Assembly (NCBI RefSeq): GCF_026210795.1
Contig: NC_089436.1
Span: 2,666,001 to 2,730,000 of the forward strand
DNA length: 64,000 bases
From: Rhizophagus irregularis
Lineage: Eukaryota
Direction of reading: 5' to 3'
Under the pieces are notes generated by a model that was given only the letters and a program-made list of their open reading frames with translations, was not told where the DNA came from and did not search any database. The position numbers were made by a program, and so were the translations under genes. Within the stretch, counting starts at the first letter, position 1. Each line of letters opens with the position of its first letter. Below, piece after piece: positions 1-13,742 of the stretch.

Positions 1-198
1 CTGATTTTATAATTTAGGCATTGCGCATGATAAATGATAATACCCAATTATTATACGTTTTCTACTAATAATAATAAGGTGAATGGTAGGGTATAAGTTG
101 AAATTTGTATCATCCTGGGGTACCCCCGTTATACGGTAAATCAAATAAAAAATTTCGAATTTCTTTCTTTATTTTCCTTTAAAACAATTTTTTAATCT

Positions 199-3124
199 TT
201 AAAATAGTAAATTACCAAAAACAACTTTTCCTCCGAACACAGTTGCTAATACTTGTGTATCTACAATTTGCGATTCAGGTATTTCCATAATATCCCTATC
301 AATAACAATAAAATCCGCGTATTTTCCTATAGAAATGGATCCCATCTACAGGAAAAAATAATACGCTTAATTTCCAATTTTGTACAGTTTTTAACAGTGA
401 ATAATAAAATAAACTTACAATAGTTTCATTAAATGCTGCATAAGCTGCATCGATAGTAAATCCTTTCAATGCTTCTTGACGCGTTAATTTTTGTGAAGGA
501 AACCATCCGTTTTCTCCATGAGGCTACATTTTCAATGTGGCTTATAAACATTTGATTGAAGTATAAAAAGAATGATAAACATTTTCTTTTTTTACTTACA
601 GATTGCCCGTTAACCCATTTTCTTGTAATAGCAGCATAAATTCCCAAAAATGGATTTACAGATTCAACAGGAAAATCGGAAGAAAGCGGGAATGTCTTTA
701 CTCTAAAATTAATAAATATATTTATTAACTATAAACAAAATTAATGTGACTAAGTAATTTGATTTGTGGAAACAATACCCTGCTTCTATCAAACTTCTCC
801 ATGCATATGCACCTTTAATACGTTCACTACCTAGTCTTTGTTCAGCATATGCCATATCAGTAGTTGCTATCCAGAGTTATCAAGAGAAAAAAATTAATTC
901 AAAAATAACATGTAATTAACGAGAAATACGAAAGATTTCATATATTTACCATGAGTAGGTTGCATGGATGGTATAATATTTAATTTACCAATGCGTTTAA
1001 TATCTTCCAAAGTCTAGATTATCCCAAAGAATAAATCTTTAAAATTTATATTTAATACATTTTAGTCTATAAAAATATGTAGCTTACCAAAATCTGAGCG
1101 TGTTCAATTCTAAATCTAACTTTCTCTGCTAACTTTTTCATTTCATCATTCACTTCTTGTTCTGTTAATTTTTTATCACCATTTTGTGATAATACATATT
1201 CTCGAAAAGCTTTTTCATACGCATTAATTATAAGTTGATTTGCTTTATCACCTATACAATGCGTATTCACTTGAAATCCCTAATTCATTTTTTAACAACC
1301 ATGTATTCAATAATTTGAATATAAAATAGTATCAATGCATTTGGATGTAAAATTTACCTTATCGATCCATTTTTTGATTACAGGTGGTAACAATGTAGGA
1401 TCAGATATGAGAAGTCCTTGTTTCGTTGGATCATCTTTTATAAGCTAATGATATTTAGACAGTTTCAATATATATATATATATATATTTCAAATAAACTT
1501 ACCAGAATAAGGTTCTAATAATGCTAATTAAACGTAGTTTATGTTATAAAGTGCGTAAAGTGAACAAATCAATATTTAACACGTAGAAATGATAACACAA
1601 AATTAAATTGATCGATTGATTGATAATAACCTGCTCCCCAACTTCCCAAAGCACCGTCCATAAAGAATTTAACACTTCTAACAGTCAGCCTTCCATCACC
1701 TAATCCTTCAATTATTTCAACATAATCACCATCATACGTATTTTCTAAACTTTCTACCATTGCATAATTTCGGATATTAAATTCTTCCGGTTGTTCATTT
1801 ATAATTCTAAAAAAATGTTATATTATTAACAATAAAATATTATCTAAAATATTTATAAAAAATAAGAGAAATCATTGAGATATACTTTTTGAAGAATTCA
1901 AGTATATTTAATGGAATTCCTGCATCATGCACTCCAATTAATCCAAAAGAGTGCATTTTGGAAATTGCCGAACGTAATTGCTGTAATAATAATTGTTCAC
2001 TAGGCGAAGGCATAATTTTCTCTGATATTATAAAGAAAATAAATTTTTTTTATCAAATTAAATGACTTTTTACAATATTCTCTTCCCTGAATTGTTAAAT
2101 ACTCAACTAATTAATTGCATAGCATTATCAATAAAAATTCCAGTCAATTCACCGGTTTTCCTATCTCTTCCGATTTCTCCACCGTCAACAGTTTCAGGAA
2201 CCTTTACTAGCTTATCTAATATATTTTTATTCACTAATAAAGCGTGTCCATCAATACGTGATAAAGAAATTGAATATTTCTTGATTAGTGGATCACAATC
2301 TAAATCTTCCTGTTTATTGCCAAAGAACAAATTATAAATTTTACATATTTTTTATAAAAATTAAATTAATAAATTAGGACAAAAATATAATATACGCACA
2401 AAAGTTGGAAATGATTTTGATGTCCATTGTGTTTGATCCCATCCCCATCCTGTAATCCAATCTGTAGTAATATCTATTTCGGGGTGTGAATTGATGTATT
2501 CATGAATTCTTTCGCGTACCTCTATTAAGAAATCAAAAATTTAAATTTTTTATGTGATTATGATACAAAAGAGAAGTTCAAGGAGTTACCTTCAACGGAT
2601 CTTGTTCCCACGAGGTTCACCGATGTCAAAGATTCTCCTAAACCCATCAAATGCTATATAGACAAAATTTTATAACCAATAAATAATTATAATGCTCTAA
2701 AAAATCGATTTGATACATACAACATGTGCATCGATTAGTCCAGGTAAGATAGTACGACCTTGTAAATCAATACACTAAAGTAAATTCTTATTCTCATTAA
2801 ATTTTAAGACAAAAGAAAAAATCAAAGGAAATAGGAAAATTGTAAAAACGACTTACTTTCAACCCATTCCATTTTTTCATTAAATCAATTTTGGTGCCAA
2901 CATCTACAAATTTACCATTCGTTACTACAAATGATTCAATTTTTGGTAAAGTATCATCTGAAGTATAAATATTTGCATTATAGATAATGAAACCGTTTGA
3001 TGGTTCACTATTTAGAAAAAGTCACGTAAGTTTAGAAAATATGTATATATATGTATATAAAAATATAATTAATAGATGAGTGAAAGAAAATATCCTGAAT
3101 ATTAATTAACCTTGAATAACTCAT
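199..3124 (-). CDS. Amidohydrolase family 3 (YtcJ-like) metal-dependent hydrolase, many introns
   Basis: Collinear minus-strand exons give PGLIDAHV, DGHALLVN, GVHDAG, KFFMDGALGSWGA, HCIGDKAN, RFRIEHAQI, SMQPTH, SSDFPVE and GKYADFIVID. GT-AG introns lie between them. Stop at 199-201; likely ATG at 3124 (less certain). Confidence 0.9.
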
Positions 3125-4100
3125 AGATAATGTAAATTTAGAATTAAAATTTAGAAAAAAATTTTATTTAAAAAAAGTTTTTTTATCGTATTAAAACATT
3201 TAAAAGTGAAAAATTTTATGTTGCTTATTGTACAAATTCTAATTAAATAAATATTAAATAAACTTGTAAACGAAAAGGAAAAAGATTATCTTTTAATTAT
3301 AAATAAAATTCAGGAAAGGATCTTTCTTTAGTTGTGACCATATTATAAAATCAAATTTTGATCGTCCACCTATTACGCCAAGAATGGAATTAATACATGC
3401 AATTTTATCTGAATATACGCAGCAGATTTCTAATTCACTAGACAATATTTGATTCAAAAGATTTAACGTTTGTAGATTTAATTTATAATATCTTTACAAT
3501 TAATTAATAATCATACCCAACAATTACAAAAAACATGATTTTATGATTTTAGACACTATTTTTTAATAATAATATTTAGAAACCTCGTTGCGAAAAAATG
3601 GCATTAACAGAAATTTTAAAATATGAACTAGATGATTTATGTATTTTGGTGCCAAGATTTTATGATATACGTTAACTACGTTAGTAATTTATGAAAGTGG
3701 GTGGTAGAAATTAAAGGTGTAGTTACAGTAGAAGAAAATCATATTAATAATGAGGTTTGTGTCTTCGGAGTGAAATAGGCCAAACTCATAATGGTTTTTT
3801 ATTAATTATTAATGTAAGAATGTAAGATTTATCTTTTCTCTTAAGTATAAGTATTTTCTAGTGTGTTGTTTATCTTCTTAAAATTTTATTTAAATGTTAA
3901 CTCGTAAAAAATATACGTAAATAAATTTAAATTTTGATTTACATCAACCTTCCAATTCTTTGCTAGATACTGTAATCAAATTATCAGTAAAAAATTTCTT
4001 ATCGCCACACCTTCCCATCCTTAATAAGTAAATTTTTCTATAAATTTGAGAATTTTTATAACTGGCAACTGAGAGCACTCGCCAGACTACTAACTATTAA

Positions 4101-5498
4101 TTAAATGATGTTAATAAACAATAATTTAATAACTAAGTCAAATAAAATATACTTACGTGAATCTGTCGAAATTAGTGGAGTATTCGAATAGCTTTTTGAA
4201 TACTTTCGATTTCGAAATTTATTTTCGTTTGATTTATTCATATACTTTAGACTTCGAAATATATTTTCGTTTGATTTATTTAGTATAATTTCGTCTGATT
4301 TATGTGAATAATATGTTTGAGCGTACAATGACTTTAATCTAGTTTCACAATGTTTTATTTGAAAATAAATTTTGCTGTGTTTTTATATTTTTCTCTATTC
4401 CATATATTTAAAATTTGATATAATTCTCTAGTAGTTGGTCTATTTTCAACTTTACCATCCCAACATTTAGTTATCAAGTCTGCAAGTAATTCTGGCGTGT
4501 CTTCGGAAATTGTTGGTCTAAGACCTTCATATATATGCATCGCTAATTTCTTATGATCATAAAGAATATTTTTATAAGGAGCTGTTTCAGATAAAAATTC
4601 ATTCATTATTATTCCAAATGAGTAAGTATCTGCTGCTTTCGTATATTTATGATCATGAAATACTTCTGGAGCTACGTAAGGTAATACTCCATAAATTTTT
4701 TCTTTATTTTCATTTTTTACTGATTTACACATTCCAAAATCACCTATATATGGTGTATTATTAAATAATATATTTCCTGGATGAAGGTCTCTATGAACTT
4801 TTTCGGCGTTATGAATATACAAAATTCCTTTTGAAATTTGTAATAAATGGTCAATTTTTAATCCATAGTCTACATAATTTACTTTTAAATAATCTTTCAA
4901 ATTTCCATCCTCGCAATATTCTAAAATCATTACGTAATCATTAGTCTTTGGATCTTGTGTTATTCCATAACATTGAATAATACTGCTAATATAAATCTCA
5001 AGATGAGATTTAACCTAAATATTAAAAAGTTTTTTTTAGTAAACACACAATCTGTAATTTAAGTACAAATTATTTATTTAACTACCTCATTTAAAAAATT
5101 TGTAATTATACCAGAAAAATTATCTAAAATTTTTAGTGCAACCTTTTCAGGAATCCTCTTCCAATTTTGATTTTCGATATCCCAATTGCAAATGTATCCA
5201 GGCCAGTCAGCCGTATAAATGCGACTAAAACCTCCTTTGGCAATATAATTAACATTTTTAAAATTTTCATAAGGTACCCATTCAAGACATTTTGTATAAT
5301 GTACAGTACGGCGTTAAGTTGCGATTGTTGAATTAATTCATCAATATTTTTGTTTTCGCTAGTCCAATTTTCAAAATTTTCCTTAAACCTTTTAGCGTTA
5401 CAAGATTGACACCATTCTTTTCCTGTCCCAAGTTCATTACATTCTCCACATATTCCATATACTTCCCTTCTTTTTTCTAAATTTTCCATATAAACCAT
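4101..5498 (-). pseudogene. TKL-type protein kinase of the expanded Glomeromycota family, frameshifted
   Basis: N-terminal YGICGECNE..WCQSCNAKRFKENF..NWTS; kinase motifs HRDLHPGN, DFG, YVAPE, ADTYSFG. Frameshift near 5300 (the EWVPYENF and AKGGF segments are in another frame) and probably another near 4360. Confidence 0.8.
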
Positions 5499-8366
5499 TT
5501 TTTCGCATAATTCACTAATATCTTCTGATTCAGTATGAGAGGTTGTAACATGTACCTTTTAAATAAATTATTAATTGACTCAATTACAAAGTGATGATCA
5601 CGCTGGTTTAATTATTAGCTTGGTTATATTTTACCTGATATTCGTCATTGTATCCTTTCCATAAATTTTGAGAACTAGTTTTTGAATCAAATGGGTTTCT
5701 AAACTTATATTTAAACTTTTTAATCATTCTCCAGTTGAAGTTTAAACGTTAGATAATATATTATTTCGATTTTATCTACGTAAAACATGCTGTATTACAT
5801 TATGTACATTTCTATTTATATTGTATCCTAAAGGACGACGCTTTCTCCCCATAAAATTTCACCATTTTGAAAACGGCATCAATTGCATAAAATGATGCAA
5901 GTTATAGTCTATTACAGCATCCAGTAATTAAATTTTTGAAATCTCGAAACTATATAATGTTTTTGCCAAAACATATTTTCTGACAACTAAGAAATTTTTT
6001 TTTCAAACACACTAAGTATAAGATATTAAGATACTATATATGCTGAATGCCTGAATCATTATATAGCAATCATGTATTTATGTATGTACTGTATGGTTTT
6101 ACGCAGTATAGTTTGACTACTAATAAGGATTAATTTTATTGGTTATCAGTCCAAATATCATATTATTAATCGTTACATTGTAATAACAAAAAATCTATAT
6201 GGTAAACTAACAAACGAGAAAGGTTTATTTGGAAATTGGGGCCTAGTTATAAATGACTCATATTGATTAATTTTAGTATATCTATTGCATGATTAAAAAA
6301 ACTAAACTTTTTAAAAACAATGCTGATTTGATTTTTTATTTACAAGTTATTTGCTTTTTCTTTATTCCTTTTTTTTGATAACTTTTAATAAAGTTTATGA
6401 TCAAGAACATAATTCATTTGAGATTGATAGACAGCATACCATTTTGCAAATAGAAATTGGAGAACGAAAAATGCAATTAGCTGAAAAGAAAATCGTAGAG
6501 CTTTAGCAGAAGTTGAAAAACTAGAATTAGAAATATAAACTGCGCAAAGAATTAGGAAATTAAATTTTGGTTTAATAAATAAAATTGGTGTTAAATTGAA
6601 TACTATTTGTTACGATATGATCATCATGTATTGATCTGCAAGTTCGACGGTTCAAAAGCAGGTCTTAGTGATAGGGTTAAAATTATTAATGGTAAATCAG
6701 AAAGTTCAAAAGATAAAGAATGTAAACAGCGCAAGATCAGGGTGCCAGAGAAGTTAGCGTCTTAGCGATAGCGAGTAATTACGTGATAGAGTAATCTGTA
6801 GTACTATAATAGACTAAGTTACAAAATAGGGTTTTTTTATAGTATAAATTCAAATTTTGCATTAGATAGATACGTTATTGACACAATGTACCGTATTTAC
6901 TTTGGAATTAATTACGTTTGTAATTATTCCAATAATATAAAAAAAAAAATTTGTACACTACATGTATGGATTTGCATAGAGTAATATTGTAAAGTAGTAC
7001 GGTATGACGGTACGTCGGTACGATATAAGTAAGGTAATATTAATCATAGACTATGCCAATCGTACCAAGGAATCACAGTATTACATAAATAACCTTTGGT
7101 CGATCACAAGAACTTAATTCATTTGTAAGAAAAATTTAAAAAATTGTGAAGAATGATTTTATTTATTGTAAAAAGAAATGATAGAAGAATTCAAATTTAG
7201 ATAACAATTTTTCGCATGTTTAAAAAAAATATATAAGTGCATAATATCAAATAAATTTTTATAAAGTAAATAAAGTAAGTAGATTTGACAACTTTAATAT
7301 ATAGTGCATAGTGTATAAATGGAATTATTATTTTTCAGTTGCTTCATCACAATTTGGAGGTTTTTTTACTAATAAAAATTTAGTAAACTTATAATAATCT
7401 TTTATTTTTATAAACTGCTTATTTTTGCTTTTAGCTGGACAATTTCAGCTTCTTTATCTTTAATTGTCGAAATTTGAACACTCTTTAATAATCAGGGCTT
7501 GTGTTATTACAAGTACGATCTTTATATATTTGGCTTCGTACCATGCCTGTAACTTTAGTAGTAGTAATATATACATACGACAATACAGCAGGTACGGTAT
7601 GATTAGTAAATGGATTATCATACCAGTAATTATTGTTATCGTTCAGCCCATGCAAACCGATATTTTTTATTAAGCATAACAATAATGCATGATAAGGTGG
7701 AGTAAATGATGTAAATGAAAATTTTTATCAGAGCAGTTTAGATAAGTGAATTAAAAATGGCATAAAAATGAGATTAATAGAAAGATGAAGCTTATTTATG
7801 ACTATTGTTATAATTAATGCATGATCAAAAGCATCAGAACGATAACGCTTTATTGGATATGGGGCTATATCGACCACAGAGCCCTTCATTGATTAGTGAA
7901 AATGGCCACTACGTGTACCATGTCATTACTGTTACACTATATCATACCGTAACGATTTAATTAATAAAATAATACCTATTTGCATACTAAACCATTCAGT
8001 GCGTACATAAAAAACAATACCATTCAGGTTTAAGCAACGTCTACTGGCTACTAATTCTTAGGGGCAAATGTTTTTATTCAGAATTTCGAAAATTCTAAAT
8101 TTAATTTCTTCGTATTCTTCGTGTTCGTTACATCGTTACACAAATACGGAATCGGCAATTACTCAATTAGCATTGTATTCATTGTATTATTACCGAATTT
8201 GTAGCAAATTGTGGCACAGTTTAACAATGCCAATATACTTTATAAAGGCAATACGCGATACTTACGCTCACACTAATAGAAAAACAAAGAACAAAAAAAA
8301 TATCTAAAAGTTTTTTTCCAATTTTATTTATTGATTTATTTTTTAAAATACTTTTCCGCAGTAATA

Positions 8367-11300
8367 ATGGCTGATAATAATATTCAAAAAATCGGCAAAT
8401 TTGTTAAAAAAATAAAACAGGAGGTAAATAACATTTATTTGTTTATACAATATATGCTTAACTACAGTAATCATTTGTATTTATAATTTAACGTAAACTT
8501 CAGCAAAAAGATTACGGAATTACAGACAAAGGTAAAATATGCATATTCCACATGTGAATAAAACACTTCATATTTAACTTTATAACAAATAAAATTAATA
8601 AATTAATAGGTAGTGCTGATGATTGTTCTCTTCGAGCTTATTTGGAAAAAAATTTTACGAGTCTCACTTGGGAAGATAAATACGAATTAGCATACCAGAT
8701 AGTTTGCGCTGTATCGAATTTACATGAAAAAGGAATCGTGCATGGTGATTTGGTAAATTTATTTCATTAATAATTTAACAGTTAACAATTATTTATCTAT
8801 TTATATTCATTAATCTGCTATGTTATAATAGCACTCTGGCAATGTGCTAATCCATCAAAATACCGTCGAGTTGGCTGACTTTGGATTATCAAATAGAATG
8901 AAAAAGGTATCTGAACAACAAACGAGATTTGATACAGCTCTATACACTGATCCCAAAGGGTCTACTACACAACAATATTCATTAAATGAAAAGAATGATG
9001 TTTGCGGTATTGGCATGATTCTATGGGAAATATCAAGTGGACAACCACCATTTAAATTGGAATCATGTGATGGTAATTCGAACCTGGAAATTTTACAAGA
9101 TTATAGAGAAACAATTGTATCAGATACTCCTATTGATTATTCTAATCTTTTTATCGGTAAATATATATATACTTTTCAACTTTAATTTGCAATATTGTAT
9201 TTTTAAATTTATTTCATATATGCATCTATTATAGAGTGTTGGGATGGTGAACCAAACAATAGACCATCTATGAACCAAGTAGTTAATAAATTTGATAAAT
9301 TTAAAAACTACTTTTTAATTAAAAGAATGATTGATGAATTTGTTAGTCTTATTTTTAAGGAAGTAAATGAAGGGAAAGAAGAGAAAGTAAGAAAACAACA
9401 TGTTCTTAATTATATTGATGATCATGAAATAAACTCGCAAGAAATCTGTAATTGGCTTGCAAATAATCAAATTAATTCAAATTTTATTTATTTACTTGAG
9501 TATCTTAATTATCATGGAATAAAAACTTGTATCAATAAGCAAAAAGCATTTAAATTATATCAAAAAGCAGCAAATTTAGGAAATAATATAGCTCAATATA
9601 ATCTTGCTTTAATGTATAAAGAAGGAAAATGTGTTAATAAAAATGATGGTAAAGCTTTTGAATTGTTCAAAAAATCAGCAGAAGGAGAAAATTTAAGCGG
9701 AATAAATATGTTAGGATATTGTTATGAAAATGGAATTGGAACTGATACTAATATGAAAAAAGCATTTGAATTATATCACAAAGCAGCAAATTTGGGAAAC
9801 AATGTAGCTCAATATAATCTTGCTTTAATGTATAAAGAAGGAAAATATGTTGATAAAAATAATGGCAAAGCTTTTGAATTTTTTAAAAAATCAGCAAAAG
9901 AAGAAGATTTAAATGGAATAAATATGTTAGGATATTGCTATGAATATGGAATTGGAACCAATATTGACCTGCAGATAGCATTTGAATTATATCGAAAAGC
10001 TGCAAATTTAGGAAATAGTATAGCTCAATATAATCTTGCTTTCAGTTAATGTATAAAGAAGGAAAATGGGTTAATAAGTATGTTGGTAGAGCTTTTTGAA
10101 TTATTTAAAAAATCAGCAGAAGGGAAAAACTAAGCAGTATAAATATGTTAGGATATTGCTATGAAAATGGAATTGGAACGAATATTGACCTGCAAAAAGC
10201 ATTTAAATTATACGAGAAAGCAGCAAATTTAGGAAATAATATAGCTCAATATAATCTTGCTTTAATGTATAAAGAAGGAAAGTATGTTGATAAAAATATT
10301 AATAAAGCTTTTGAGTTGTTTGAAAAATCAGCAAAAGGAGAAAATTTGAATGGAATAAATATGTTAGGATATTGTTATGAATATGGAATTGGAACCAATA
10401 TTGACCTGCAGAAAGCATTTGAATTATATCAAAAAGCAGCAAATTTAGGGAATAACATAGCTCGATATAATTTTGCTTTAATGTATAAAGAAGGAAAATG
10501 TGTTAATAAAAATGATGGTAAAGCTTTTGAATTGTTTAAAAAATCAGCAGAAGGGGAAAATTTAAGCGGAATAAATATGTTGGGATATTGCTATGAAAAT
10601 GGAATTGGAACTGATATTAATATGAAAAAAGAATTTGAATTATATCACAAAACTGCAAATTTGGGAAATAATGCAGCTCAATATAATCTTGCTTTAATGT
10701 ATAAAGAAGGAAGATATGTTGATGAAAATTATGAAAGAGCTTTTGAATTTTTGAAAAAATCAGCAGAAGGGAAAAATTTAAGAGGAATAAATTTGTTAGG
10801 ATATTACTATGAAAATGGAATTGGAACCAATATTGACTTGCAAAAAGCATTTAAATTATATAAAAAAGCAGCAAATTTAGGAAATAATATAGCTCAATAT
10901 TAATGTATAATGAAGGAAAGTATATTGATAAAAATATTAATAAAGCCTTTGAGTTGTTTGAAAAATCAGCAAAAGGAGAAAATTTGAATGGAATAAATAT
11001 GTTAGGATATTGTTATGAATATGGAATTGAAACTAATATTAACCTGCAGAAATCATTTGAATTATATCAAAAATCTGCAAATTTAGGAAATAACATAGCT
11101 TAATATAATCTTGCTTTAATGTATAAAGAAGGAAAATATGTTAAAAAAAATAATGATAAAGCTTTTGAATTGTTTAATAAAACAGCAAAAGGAGAAGACT
11201 TAAATGGAATAAATATGTTAGGATATTGTTATGAATATGGAATTGGAACCAATATTAACCTGCAGAAATATTTGAATTATATTAAAAATTTGCAAAATTA

Positions 11301-12818
11301 CTAGGGAATAATACAGCTCAATATAATCTTGCTTTAATGTATAAAGAAGGAAAATATGTTGATAAAAATAATGATAAAGCTTTTGAATTATTTAAAAAAT
11401 CAGCAGAGGGAGAAGACTTAAATGGAATATATATGTTAGGATATTGTTATGAAAATGGAATTGGAACTGATATTGACCAATAAAAAGCATTTGAATTATA
11501 TCAAAAAGCTGCAAATTTAGGAAATAATGATAAAGCTTTTGAGTTGTTTGAAAAATTAGCAAAAGGAGAAAATTTAAATGGAATAAATATGATAGGATAT
11601 TGTTATGAATATGGAATTGGAACCAACATTAACCTGCAGAAAGCATTTGAATTATATCAAAAATCGGCAAATTTAGGAAATAATATAGCTCAATTTAATC
11701 TTGCTTTAATGTATGAAGAAGGAAAATATGTAAATGAAAATTATGAAAGAGCTTTTGAATTTTTAAAAAAATCAGCAGAAGGGAAAAATTTAAGAGGAAT
11801 AAATATGTTAGGATATTACTATGTAAATGGAATTGGAACCAATATTGACTTGCAAAAAGCATTTGAATTATATGAGAAAGCTGCTGATTTAGGAAATAAT
11901 ATATCTCAATATAATCTTGCTTTAATGTATAAAGAAGGAAAATATGTTGATAAAAATAATGGCAAAGCTTTCGAATTATTTAAAAAATCAGCCAATGGAG
12001 AAGATTTAAATGGAATAAATATGTTAGGATATTGTTATGAAAATGGAATTGGAACTGATATTAATGAACAAAAAGCATATGAATTATATCAAAAAGCTGC
12101 ATATTTAGGAAGTATTATAGCTCAATATAATCTTGCTTTAATGTATAAAGAAGGAAAATATGTTGATAAAAGTAATGATAAAGCTTTTGAATTATTTAAA
12201 AAATCAGCAGAGGGAGAAGACTTAAATGGAATAAATATGTTAGGATATTGTTATGAATATGGAATTGGAACCAATATTAACCTGCAAAAAGCATTTGAAT
12301 TATATGAGAAAGCTGCTGATTTAGGAAATAATATAGCTCAATATAATCTTGCTTTAATGTACAATGAAGGAAAGTATGTTGATAAAAATTACAATAAAGC
12401 TTTTGAATTATTTGAAAAATTAGCAAAGGGAGGAGATATATACGGAATATATATGTTAGGATATTGTTATGAAAATGGAAATGGAACTGATATTAATGGG
12501 AAAAAAGCATTTATACTATATGAAAAAGCAGCAAATTTAGGAAATAGTATAGCTCAATATAATGTTGCCCTAATGTATAAAGAAGGAAAATATATTTGTA
12601 AAAATTATGAACAAGCTTTTAGATTTTTTAGAAGATCAGCAGAAGGAGGATTTCTAAATGGAATAAATATGTTAAGATATTATTATGAAAACGGAATTGG
12701 AACTGATATTAATGAGCAAAAAGCATTTGAATTATATGAGAAAGCAGCAAATTTAGGAAATACTCATGGTAATCATCTAGATTATAAACGTACAAATGGT
12801 CACTCTGATTGTAATTAA
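8367..12818 (+). pseudogene. Kinase-like domain plus long Sel1-repeat gene, disrupted and 3'-truncated
   Basis: Short 5' exons, then HGDL/HSGN, LADFG, LWEISSGQPPF and CW..RP. Many Sel1 repeats follow (AQYNLALMYKEG alternating with GINMLGYCYENGIGT). Stops or frameshifts near 10047, 10130, 10900, 11101, 11270 and 11480. The last ~18 codons come from foreign sequence after ~12761. Confidence 0.85.
9540..12761 (+). repeat. Tandem array of ~216-nt (two Sel1 repeats, 72 aa) units
   Basis: 'gctcaatataatcttgctttaatgtataaagaagg' and 'ggaataaatatgttaggatattg' recur with ~216-nt period. Confidence 0.9.
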
Positions 12819-13618
12819 ATTTTGGTTAATAGTAGTTCTTCAAATGAAAAAAAAAATATTTTTTTACTTACATGTTCAGAGAGAAATTTTCTGATATTTA
12901 ACGGATATTCATTGGCAATTTTACGTTTAAAATTATTAACTGTTGTATAACAAGCAGAAAATCCAATACTATTCATTGTATCAATTGCAGCACGTGTTTG
13001 CACCCGATGCTGACAAATGTAATCCAACTTCCAACTTGAAATCGTTAACAAACTTATTTCGCATTCCAGCCATGATATAACATAGACTCATAATTGTTTT
13101 TCTTGCTTTAACTTTATTATATGCAGATCTGTTATCAGGAACCAATGCCTTTACTAATTTATCAAAAAGACCTTGTAAATGTGGATCTGCTTTTTCTATC
13201 ATTTGTTTAAAATAGGTAGGATTAAGCTCTAAATTACCACGCTGCTCATATAGAACCTTTGTAAGCATAGTAACCTGCTCGGCAAATGAATAGCTTTTTG
13301 ATTCTGTATGTAACAAATAAAAAATTAGTTATAAAAAAAAAAAAAATTTAATTTTCAATCATTTTAATATTTACGATTTGAATTTTCTTTATCTGGTTCT
13401 AAAAAAAAGGGAACTTCTGACTTTTGAGTATGGTAAGGTTCAACAATACTCATATAATGACTATGACACAATTGTTGTCCGATTCTTAGGTACGTATGTG
13501 CTTCATATGTTCCTTTTTTTTGGGCTTTCTCATATGCTAATGAAGTGAATTGACGAAAACGGGTTACTTGATTATTACAATTTTGTACTGAACATGGGCC
13601 ATGATTTTTTTGGACCAT
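12762..13618 (-). pseudogene. 5' part of an intron-containing gene, probably transposon-derived, truncated at the Sel1 gene
   Basis: Exons encode MVQKNHGPCSVQNC..LCHSH, then TKVLYEQRG..GLHLSASGA / TRAAIDTMNSIGFSACY..FLSEH (frameshift near 13000). After an intron comes SDHLYVYNLDDYHE, which ends abruptly at ~12762. A transposase (KDZ/DUF6589-like) assignment is tentative. Confidence 0.5.
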
Positions 13619-13742
13619 ATTGAATAGTTAAAACCCCTACAGATGGGCTGAAAATGGCTCATGGAATGATCTGTAATACGCGTAGTATTATCACGTGTTA
13701 TTTTATTTAGCCAATCATAACGTGACACACGTTGATCATAAC

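Noticed and set aside
1468..1487. (TA)n microsatellite
   Set aside because: Ordinary intronic simple repeat.
9540..12761. Regularly spaced repeats resembling a CRISPR array
   Set aside because: They are coding Sel1 repeats with 108/216-nt period, no unique spacers and no cas genes.
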